From sequence record MW825358.1: 64,000 nucleotides of DNA; one strand, given 5' to 3'. Both the position numbers and the translations under genes were made by a program. Position 1 is the stretch's first letter. Each line of letters begins with the position of its first letter. Shown here in pieces: positions 1-7,954 of the stretch. The notes under the pieces were generated by a model. That model saw only the letters and a list, made by a program, of their open reading frames with translations. It did not search any database and was not told the DNA's origin.

Positions 1-91
1 ATCATTGGCCAATCGGGAGGATGGGCACTCTAGCTATCAATCTACATAGAATGAGCGGCATAACGAGGGGGACCGATGGTCCCCCTCGGGT

Positions 92-1690
92 TTATGACGG
101 CAGACCCAACTCGCTCCCGCTGGGGGCAAACCAGGGGTTCTCATCTTCACTACCCACCGGACCACCACCGGGTGTCTTGCGTGAACTATCGGCCTTGCCC
201 AAGTCATCGCGCACCGCACCTGCCGGATAGAACGGCAACACGGTATAACGGTACTTGATGGGCGTGTCCTTAGGTTTACGATGTTTACCGCGTTGGATGG
301 TCAAGAACGAATCGCCATTGACCACTTCCTTGTGGATGAAGATTTCCAGATCCACTTCCTGGTCGATCGTACCGCAGCTATCGTAGTAACCCTTACCCTC
401 CAGATGCTTGACAAATTCATTCACACCCGCACGGGTCATCTTCTTTGCATCGGTAGACAACTGTGCCGGGGTGATAAAGGTCACACCACGCGGGGCCATG
501 AAGTTACGCACACGGCGGAACAGATCACGCACCTCAGAGCCGGTGGGACCACCTTGTAAGCAACCGACCTTGGAGATCATGTTCAAATAGTCAAAGACAA
601 TGGCATGGATCTCATAGCCCTGTGCCTCGTACTGAGTGACCATGTCGCAGATGGACTGGTAGGTCGTGTTGGACGGATCGCAACGTCCCATCTCCACGTG
701 GTAGCCATTGACCGACATACGCGTGGCGATGTATTCCTGCGCCCGGGCGATATTGGCCTTGCGCACGTCCTCGGGGATATTGGGATCTTTGAACTGGCTG
801 TCATCCACTTCCTGAAGGGTCTCGTTCTCCTTCAGCGAAATGTACAGCTGCACGATGTTCATGTGCAGTTCGTTTTCTGCCGAGATATGCAAGAGCAAGG
901 GCTTCTTGGTGGGATCTCGCATATGTGGCTTGTTATACAGCGCCAGGTGCTTGAAGATGTTCAGCGTAAAGCCGGTCTTCCATTGGTGCTGCAGAGCGCC
1001 GATCAAGACAAACTCACCGCGACGGAATCCACCGTGATCGCCGAGCATCCGGTTGATGGCCTGGTAGCCAGTCTTCAAGATACCATCTAGCGAGGTTTCC
1101 TCAGCCGCTCGTTGGAACATGTACTGCACCCCTTCCACATCAGAGAGGCTGACCATGTTCAACATACCCGCTACTTTGAACTCCTCAGAGGCGGAGTTGC
1201 GGTAGGGTTCGAGCTTGTTATTCATCTCATTGATGATGTTGCGCCAGTCCACCTGCTCGGGTCGAAAGTTCACCTGAGAGGAGTACTGCTTCAGAATCTC
1301 CTTAATCTGAGTCTGATTGATATGATCACGCAACTCGCAGCGCAGCTGAATGCACTGCCTCTTAAGGACAGGCAGTTCGACGTTCTCATCGACTGCTTGC
1401 TCGAAGGCATAGTACAAGCCTTCTTCATCCGCCGTGTTGATTCGTACACGCTGCAAGATGCTGCTACGATCGATCTCCTCACCCGGTGGGGTATCAGACA
1501 TCCACAGCACCGTCGTGCGCAACGTTTGAAGGACTTCTCGGGTATTGTCAAAGCCGCCTGAAGATTCCGGCACCTTGATTGTCTCGATCAGTTCTTTAAC
1601 GAGATTGGCGGAGTGGACCGTGGGGTCTTTGAGCTGCCCTTCTTTGAAGAGCAGCGTTGCCATCTTGACCAAAAGCAGTTTCGGGTCCAT
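92..1690 (-). CDS. dnaB: Replicative DnaB-like (SF4) helicase, phiKZ gp118-like
   Basis: Divergent Walker A RRGEFVLIGALQHQWKTG, Walker B AIVFDYLNM, H3 ITPAQLS, DQEVDLE and QRGKHR arginine-finger region; sits two genes before the major capsid gene as in phiKZ-like phages. Confidence 0.88.
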   Translation of the reverse strand: MDPKLLLVKMATLLFKEGQLKDPTVHSANLVKELIETIKVPESSGGFDNTREVLQTLRTTVLWMSDTPPGEEIDRSSILQRVRINTADEEGLYYAFEQAVDENVELPVLKRQCIQLRCELRDHINQTQIKEILKQYSSQVNFRPEQVDWRNIINEMNNKLEPYRNSASEEFKVAGMLNMVSLSDVEGVQYMFQRAAEETSLDGILKTGYQAINRMLGDHGGFRRGEFVLIGALQHQWKTGFTLNIFKHLALYNKPHMRDPTKKPLLLHISAENELHMNIVQLYISLKENETLQEVDDSQFKDPNIPEDVRKANIARAQEYIATRMSVNGYHVEMGRCDPSNTTYQSICDMVTQYEAQGYEIHAIVFDYLNMISKVGCLQGGPTGSEVRDLFRRVRNFMAPRGVTFITPAQLSTDAKKMTRAGVNEFVKHLEGKGYYDSCGTIDQEVDLEIFIHKEVVNGDSFLTIQRGKHRKPKDTPIKYRYTVLPFYPAGAVRDDLGKADSSRKTPGGGPVGSEDENPWFAPSGSELGLPS

Positions 1691-1721
1691 TTCTTATCCA
1701 AACCAAAATAGGGTTTTCATT

Positions 1722-2252
1722 ATGAAAATTGTCTACATCCCTCAGCAGTTGTACCCTGCGCTCAAGAAGGCGGACCTTCGTTCGCAAGACTTGTGCAACG
1801 TTGATAAGCTGATGGGCACACTATCTGCGGACGACGTAGCTTTTTATTTCTGGGCTAATGACAAGGCCAACTGCCCCATTCCCAAGCCGCTGCAAGAATT
1901 CCTGCCCAACCTGATCTTCGGCGGAGTGATGCCCTTTACCGATACCGCGGCCTCCAAGTCGCTGCTGGGGAAGTTCAATCACTTGAAAATTCACGGTGCC
2001 GCTGCTGCACTGTATGAGAATGATGCAATCCTTACCAGTGATTGTATGGAAGAAGATCTGCTTATCATCACTCACACAGCCGCGTCCGACGCTGTCGCGG
2101 GTGAAAAGTCAGCCAAAGAGAGTACGGTATTCTATGACCGTATTATCCAGCAGCTGCTGGTTTTCCTTCCTGCCTCTGTCGTCCTGGGTTCGCCCGTTCT
2201 GCTGGGTTGGATGAAGTCGGTACAAACTGACGCGAAGCTCCCCAACGCGTAG
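1722..2252 (+). CDS. Hypothetical protein between helicase and capsid gene (phiKZ gp119 position)
   Basis: ORF 1545-2252; the upstream part overlaps the helicase start, so ATG at 1722 (MKIVYIPQQ) is preferred. Confidence 0.6.
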   Translation: MKIVYIPQQLYPALKKADLRSQDLCNVDKLMGTLSADDVAFYFWANDKANCPIPKPLQEFLPNLIFGGVMPFTDTAASKSLLGKFNHLKIHGAAAALYENDAILTSDCMEEDLLIITHTAASDAVAGEKSAKESTVFYDRIIQQLLVFLPASVVLGSPVLLGWMKSVQTDAKLPNA

Positions 2253-2260
2253 GTTTTAAA

Positions 2261-2273
2261 ATTTGCCGTAAAA
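2261..2273 (-). promoter_or_regulatory. Candidate middle-promoter element (minus strand ttttacggcaaat) oriented toward the helicase
   Basis: Shares the 11-mer TTACGGCAAAT with the RNase H upstream region (52728-52738); resembles the phiKZ middle-promoter element ending in TAC. Confidence 0.45.
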
Positions 2274-2324
2274 CAATGCCTAATGATTTGGTAGTATTTT
2301 CTACCGGGGTTGAGCCCGAGCTGT

Positions 2325-2330
2325 CTATGA
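2325..2330 (+). promoter_or_regulatory. Candidate late promoter (cTATGa) for the major capsid gene
   Basis: phiKZ late promoters carry TATG overlapping the start site; TATGA recurs upstream of several structural genes in this window. Confidence 0.4.
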
Positions 2331-2501
2331 ATACTTACTTGAGTACGTATTTACGCACTTGCGCACTCCCCTCATTAGAGAGTGGTGGTCTAACGACTGC
2401 TCGCCCCGGTGGGCGGCAAGCCTAGGACCCCATCATTAGTTTAGCGGTGGGGAATAGGCTACTACTGCTGCCCTTACAAAACACACTCAAGGAACAAAGA
2501 A

Positions 2502-4769
2502 ATGGCTCTTCGTCTGAAAGCTGCCAAGTCGGCCCCGCTGTCCCAGCTGGCTGCCAACCTGCGCACCACCATCCTGGCCTCGGGTTCTGACCTGATTTCG
2601 GCCGGCACCACCAAGAACCTGCTGGCCTCGATGGAATCCATCGGTCAGATGGAAGCTGCAAACCTGCAGAACGAGTTTGAGGCTGTTCGCGATAACCTGC
2701 GTTCGCAGATCCAGGGCATCAAGGGTCTGTCCCGTTCGTTCGGTCTGGAGTCGGAAGGCTCGGCTGAAGAGCGCGAAGAGGCCCAGGCCCGCTTCGAGAC
2801 CGCGCTGGACGCTGGCGCGATGGCTGCCATGGCTGCCGGTAATCCGGAAGCCTACGCGCAGGCCGCTTACCTGGGTCAGGCCCAGGCCGCCCCGGGCGTG
2901 ACCATCGTCGACACGATGGCCTCCGACAGCGCCGCTGCCATGGACTACCGTCCGGCCGTGGCCATGGAAGCCTTCAACGACAAGGAACTGCGCGATCACC
3001 TGCCGTTCTCGATCCTGTTCAACATCTTCGCTTCGCGTCAGGACGACTTCTCCGAGATGTTCTTCCCGACGACCGTTGTCGCCCCGGACCAGGCTGGTCT
3101 GGACGTCACCGTTGCTCGCATGCAGGTCTTCAATGAAGTCCGTCACGCCGCTTCGGGTGCCAAGGTTGATTTCGGCAAGCGCAACCTGATCGACGCCGCT
3201 GTCGACTACACCATCCTGGCCGACGAGCACACCCGTCTGATCCCGGTCGTGCAGCCGGACGGTTCGAGCGACGACAAGTTCGTTGCCGACACCATCGTTG
3301 CCCCCTTCATGGAGAAGGTTGGTAAGTACGAAGTCCCGACCAGCGCTCTGGCCCTGGACAAGGACATCGACCTGATCGGTATTTCGCAGTACCAGCCGCT
3401 GCTGGGCGCTGGCGTGATCGATCACTCCGACGATGTGGACGCTCGCGTCTCCCTCGACAAGCTGTACCTCCAGGCCGGTTCCGGCGTGGCCGTGGCGTTC
3501 AACGTCAACCGTCTGGCCCGTAGCCAGTTCAACAAGACCGTGGAAGGCAACAGCCGTCTGCTGGGTCTGCAGTTCACCTCGACCGATCTGGTCATCGACA
3601 AGGACAGCAAGGCGATCGACGGCTCGGCCGTGACCGCGTTCGCTGGTATCGTCTCGGGCAAGTACACCGTGCGTCTGTCGGTGAACGTCTCGGGTGAGCT
3701 GAACGTTGAGTTCGGTAACGTCAAGGTGTGGGCTGCCTCGGTTTCCGTGGCTTCCATCCAGGACGAGAACGGCAACAGCGTTCCGACCTCCGGTGGCGCT
3801 GGCGCCGCTGTGGTCACCGCTCTGGCCGGTCTGAAGATCGTCGGTTACACCCTGCGTGCCAACCGCACCAACGCCAACCGTCGTACCCGTGGCCACCTGC
3901 TGGACACCGTGTATGAAACCCAGCGTTACACCATCCCGCTCGGCTCGCCGCTGTCGATCACCTCGCCGGTCACCGGTGACGGTTCGCGCGACGCTGCTGA
4001 CCAGAAGGCCCTGATCGCTGCCGCTCGTATGCGCAACAGCAACAACGCGGTCACCGCGCTGTTCGCCATTGCCGACCAGCTGCGTGAAGCGACCCGTGGT
4101 CCGAAGCTGCCGGCGGGTGAAGTGTCCGGTGTGGGCGGCCTGGGCCGCTTCCTGGTCGATCCGTTCTTCGAAGAGCACGATCTGGATCTGGTCGAGAGCA
4201 TCAACTCGATCAAGTCGCAGGACCGCGCCTACGACATCTCGGCCGTGCTGGTTTCGGCGATCCGTGATATCGCCTACCGCATGTACCAGAGCACCAAGAT
4301 CCAGCCTGCGATCGATGCGCTGACCGGCGTTGCCGGCGAAGCCCCGGTCCTGCTGGTGGGTACCGACCAGGTCCTGATCCGTCACCTGCTGGTGAACGGT
4401 GACAGCCGTACCTTCGGCACCGTGTTCGACAAGGCCATCGTCAAGGCTTCCGTTGACCGTCGCGTCTACAACAAGATCTTCATCTCGTTGAGCCGTGCTG
4501 GTGCGGAAGGTCCGGACCCGCTGACCTTCGGTACCCATGGTTGGATGTCCGAGCTGATCGCGACCATGCCGATCAGCCGCAACGGCCAGACCTCGAAGGA
4601 AGCGACTGTCCAGCCGCGTACCCTGCACATCAACAACATGCCGGTCCTGGCGATCATCAACGTCAAGGGTCTGTCGAAGGTTCTGGTCGATAAGACCGCG
4701 ACCCCGGCTCTGACCAGCGCTGGTGTGGCCAACGTGTACCTGGACGGCCTGAAGTACCCGACCCCGTAA
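2502..4769 (+). CDS. Major capsid protein with N-terminal propeptide, phiKZ gp120-like
   Basis: 755 aa, extreme codon bias typical of a highly expressed gene, RBS aaggaa; AMEAFNDKEL cleavage-type site, SRQDDFSEMFFPTTVVAPD, RRTRG and QPRTLHINNMPVL motifs as remembered for phiKZ-family capsid proteins; synteny with helicase and RNAP subunit. Confidence 0.92.
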   Translation: MALRLKAAKSAPLSQLAANLRTTILASGSDLISAGTTKNLLASMESIGQMEAANLQNEFEAVRDNLRSQIQGIKGLSRSFGLESEGSAEEREEAQARFETALDAGAMAAMAAGNPEAYAQAAYLGQAQAAPGVTIVDTMASDSAAAMDYRPAVAMEAFNDKELRDHLPFSILFNIFASRQDDFSEMFFPTTVVAPDQAGLDVTVARMQVFNEVRHAASGAKVDFGKRNLIDAAVDYTILADEHTRLIPVVQPDGSSDDKFVADTIVAPFMEKVGKYEVPTSALALDKDIDLIGISQYQPLLGAGVIDHSDDVDARVSLDKLYLQAGSGVAVAFNVNRLARSQFNKTVEGNSRLLGLQFTSTDLVIDKDSKAIDGSAVTAFAGIVSGKYTVRLSVNVSGELNVEFGNVKVWAASVSVASIQDENGNSVPTSGGAGAAVVTALAGLKIVGYTLRANRTNANRRTRGHLLDTVYETQRYTIPLGSPLSITSPVTGDGSRDAADQKALIAAARMRNSNNAVTALFAIADQLREATRGPKLPAGEVSGVGGLGRFLVDPFFEEHDLDLVESINSIKSQDRAYDISAVLVSAIRDIAYRMYQSTKIQPAIDALTGVAGEAPVLLVGTDQVLIRHLLVNGDSRTFGTVFDKAIVKASVDRRVYNKIFISLSRAGAEGPDPLTFGTHGWMSELIATMPISRNGQTSKEATVQPRTLHINNMPVLAIINVKGLSKVLVDKTATPALTSAGVANVYLDGLKYPTP

Positions 4770-4825
4770 TTGGGGCAGGTGCTTAGCGCAAAGCGTTAAA
4801 ACAGTAGTAGCCTACTGTTCAGAAG

Positions 4826-4856
4826 CTGCCCCGCCTTCGGGCGGGGCAGTGGTTTT
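4826..4856 (+). terminator. Intrinsic terminator after the capsid gene
   Basis: Perfect 10-bp stem ctgccccgcc/ggcggggcag with a cUUCGg loop, followed by tggtttt. Confidence 0.75.
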
Positions 4857-4860
4857 GCGT

Positions 4861-4910
4861 GGCATAACAGATTAGGCCAGACCGCTTTCGGGCGGTCTGG
4901 CTTTTATGCC
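4861..4910 (+). terminator. Second hairpin terminator, flanked by GGCATAA/TTATGCC
   Basis: Stem gccagaccgct/ggcggtctggc (4876-4901), UUCG loop, then tttt. Confidence 0.75.
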
Positions 4911-5007
4911 GCCTAGTCGGTTCAAAGATAAATCAAACGCATACCATCTAAGAGTACACCCGTCAACGGATGTGCTTTCCTTACCACCCAGAGAACCAGT
5001 AATTTCA

Positions 5008-6213
5008 ATGGGCCATCATACTCAACAACGACCACGCATCTTTCGAACCGAGGTCGTCCCCGTCCAGGCAGGAGGGGAGATCCTCGACCCCCGCTCGGCG
5101 GAGTTGGGGTTTCAGTTCATCAACCATCTGCACCGTCCAGTGACTGTGGTCACACGAACCGGCTTTCGGATCGTGATACCGCACTCTGGTCCTCCTCGTT
5201 TCCAAACGCTTAAGGACAAGCGACGTGTCCCGGGTGATCCGTACTTTATCATCCGTACCCGGCTGACGGCACAGCCTGAGGTAATTCTTGACACAAGCGA
5301 GCTATCCAATGATGCAGGACATCAGTCTACTATTGAGTCTCAGGCCTACCTGAACTCAGTGGTCATCATGGAAAATGCCCGCCGTCTGGGTCCTTCCCAC
5401 ACAGCCTGTGTGGAGTACCGGATTCCAGCGGAGGACTTTGATAGCAACGGAGGAGTCCTGCATCTGCAGAACATTGACCTGCTGGTCAGTATTCTCGATC
5501 AGGCCACCACCCCGCCACACCCCTACTCCTTACTCGGAGTGCGAAATCGAGACGCCGATGAGTTTCAACAGGAGCAGGAAAAAGTTGGGGTCTTTTATGG
5601 CGTTTATATCCGTGATAAGGACGGTGGCTTTGGCCAGCGTTACTTAAACATCAATGGTGAGGTCTTCGGCGTTCCTGTCCGTAACGAACCAAGTGATGAG
5701 CGAGATGGCGTCTATCGCGTGTGTAATGGCAAGGCCAATTCAGGGTACATCCACCGTCGCACGATTGTGGAGTATTACAACTTTGAAGAGGCCGATGAGA
5801 AGCTGGGGTTGTACCAGACCTATCGTGATGCCTTTGCACTAGGGAATCCTCAGGAGAAATCCAAGCGCGATTATGAAGAGCGCAGCCAGCAACTCAAGCT
5901 CGATGAACTTGAGTACCGCAATCAAAAGGCTGCCTCGGAGGCAAGAGTCGATGCAGAGAAAGAACGCATGCGCATGGAGATGCTGCACTTTGAACAGCAG
6001 CAGCGCAAGATTGATCACTTAAACCGAATGATCGGAGCTGAACTTGATCGCCGTGACCAACACCATCGTCGAGAGATGCAGGTGCTGAAGGAGATCTTGG
6101 AGGCGCGCGGACACGAGCGCCGTGAGGCTGGGGAATTGATCAAACTCATTCCCTCTGTGGTCACGACCGTTGCCCTGTACGTGGCAGCGATCAAGAAACT
6201 GAAATCGTTATAA
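5008..6213 (+). CDS. Conserved hypothetical protein with C-terminal coiled coil (phiKZ gp122 position)
   Basis: Long ORF; ATG at 5008 lies downstream of the terminators; charged heptad-like C-terminus. Confidence 0.65.
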   Translation: MGHHTQQRPRIFRTEVVPVQAGGEILDPRSAELGFQFINHLHRPVTVVTRTGFRIVIPHSGPPRFQTLKDKRRVPGDPYFIIRTRLTAQPEVILDTSELSNDAGHQSTIESQAYLNSVVIMENARRLGPSHTACVEYRIPAEDFDSNGGVLHLQNIDLLVSILDQATTPPHPYSLLGVRNRDADEFQQEQEKVGVFYGVYIRDKDGGFGQRYLNINGEVFGVPVRNEPSDERDGVYRVCNGKANSGYIHRRTIVEYYNFEEADEKLGLYQTYRDAFALGNPQEKSKRDYEERSQQLKLDELEYRNQKAASEARVDAEKERMRMEMLHFEQQQRKIDHLNRMIGAELDRRDQHHRREMQVLKEILEARGHERREAGELIKLIPSVVTTVALYVAAIKKLKSL

Positions 6214-6232
6214 CTCCTAAAACGAGGATTCA

Positions 6233-7894
6233 ATGGACAAGTACTTGTTCGATCTGGTTGACCAGCGCATTCCCAAATTCAATCGAAGGATTGTGGAAGG
6301 TCTGGCCACGGAAGAGATGCGCCATGTCGAGGCGTATATTGACCAGATTTGCCGGACCGCTACCGCCGAGCTGGCGCCGGAGCTGATCTACAAAGGACTG
6401 GTGCGTTGCACCCCCAAGGAAGAGTACCAAGAAGTGGTTCGCCGCTTTGGTGCACGCAACACCATCGAACATGCCCGCAGTGACATGTACATGGTCAAGC
6501 TGATGTTTGACCTGCACGGAGAACCCCTCCCGCCCAGGCCCATCTATCTGCCATTCGTCCAACGGGGCGGGCTGATGGAAATGCGCGGCAGTATGTTCGC
6601 CATCTCCCCAGTCATGGCTGATAAGGCAATCTCGGTAGGACAGAACTTCATCTTTATCCCGATGGCTTGGGACCGGATGAACTTCTACCGGGAAACGCAA
6701 TACTTCTACGCCAACGAAGTCCAAGAAGTGGTGCAGGTGGTGTGGTCCAAGACCCATCACTACGATCGCAAGACGCGTCGGACCAATTCGAAACTGGACG
6801 TCAAGGCCAAGACCGTACTGCCCCATCACCTGTTTGCCAAATACGGTCTGACCCGCACCTTTGCGGAGATGGCCAATTCTCAGGTGGTGGTAGGCAGTGC
6901 TGCGGAAATCACCCCGGAACATTACCCGCCCAGCGAATGGGTGATCTGTCATTCCAATGCGGTCAAGCCGCGTGGCGTGCGCAATACTGCGTATGTGGCC
7001 TCGGACATCCGCATGGCGGTGCCCAAGGACAAGTGGACGGTACCCGACGAACGGGAAGGTAATAAAGGCAAGATGCGTCCCAATGAAGCCCTGCGCACGT
7101 TGGTGGCAGGATTCTTCTATATCGTCGATCACTTCCCCGAGCGCGTCACGCCCGATGAAGTCGACGAGCCGCGCCTGTGGCGTGTGCTGATGGGCTATGT
7201 CATCTTCGGACCGGGGCAAAGCGAAGGTAAGTTGGCCGAGCAAGTCTCAGAGCACCTGGGCTCGCTGGACAACTATATCGAAACCCAAACGCGCAAGCGT
7301 CTGGAAGAGGTGGGTGTGTTTGTGGAGGACATCTATCAGCTGTTCATGCATCTGATTGATAACTTCGATGAGCTGATCAAGGACAGCTACACCACCTTGC
7401 CCAGCAGCTACGGCAAGCGCTTGACGTGCCTGCCCTACACGCTGTCGGACCTGACCTGGTCCATCCACCGCTTCATGTTCATGATCGATGCCCAGCGCAA
7501 GCGCAAGGCCCTCACCAAGGACGATGTCAACAAGACCTTCAACAAAACCTTAAAGACCAACACTGTGTTCAAGATGAACAAGCAGCACGGTGAAGTCAAC
7601 CCGATTGCCATTTCGGGTGACAACATGTTCTTTAAGGGCACCTCCCATGTGGTGTTGCAAGAGTCTTCCTCTGCCGGCCGCACCAAGACCCGTACCTCCA
7701 CGGATGATCCATCCAAGGTGCTGGATATCTCGGTGGCCGAAGCAGGCAGCTACAACACGATGTCCAAGGCCGAACCCACCGGTCGGTCCAAGATCAATCC
7801 GTGCACCCCGCTGTCTGCGGACAATGAGATCCAGGAGAACCCACTGCTGATCGAGTTGACCCGCAGAGTCCAGTCCATGATTCAGCGTACTTAA
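6233..7894 (+). CDS. rpoB: Non-virion RNA polymerase beta subunit, N-terminal part (phiKZ gp123-like)
   Basis: 553 aa; IYLPFVQRGGLMEMRGSMFAISPVMAD beta1-like segment and the C-terminal SIAEAG-like/PTGRSKINP beta motifs; position after the capsid gene as in phiKZ. Confidence 0.82.
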   Translation: MDKYLFDLVDQRIPKFNRRIVEGLATEEMRHVEAYIDQICRTATAELAPELIYKGLVRCTPKEEYQEVVRRFGARNTIEHARSDMYMVKLMFDLHGEPLPPRPIYLPFVQRGGLMEMRGSMFAISPVMADKAISVGQNFIFIPMAWDRMNFYRETQYFYANEVQEVVQVVWSKTHHYDRKTRRTNSKLDVKAKTVLPHHLFAKYGLTRTFAEMANSQVVVGSAAEITPEHYPPSEWVICHSNAVKPRGVRNTAYVASDIRMAVPKDKWTVPDEREGNKGKMRPNEALRTLVAGFFYIVDHFPERVTPDEVDEPRLWRVLMGYVIFGPGQSEGKLAEQVSEHLGSLDNYIETQTRKRLEEVGVFVEDIYQLFMHLIDNFDELIKDSYTTLPSSYGKRLTCLPYTLSDLTWSIHRFMFMIDAQRKRKALTKDDVNKTFNKTLKTNTVFKMNKQHGEVNPIAISGDNMFFKGTSHVVLQESSSAGRTKTRTSTDDPSKVLDISVAEAGSYNTMSKAEPTGRSKINPCTPLSADNEIQENPLLIELTRRVQSMIQRT

Positions 7895-7954
7895 AATTCC
7901 TATCACCCGCCTGAAGGTGCCAAAGAGCACCGCCGCCTACGGAGACCTAGAAGA

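Noticed and set aside
2487-4628. 713-aa minus-strand ORF opposite the capsid gene
   Set aside because: Shadow ORF: strong C/G-ending codon bias on the sense strand removes antisense stops; no motif or RBS.
6230-7243. 337-aa minus-strand ORF, and similar ones at 15230-15973, 47750-48742, 49795-50634 and 55648-56577
   Set aside because: All fully overlap well-supported genes on the other strand and lack recognisable features.
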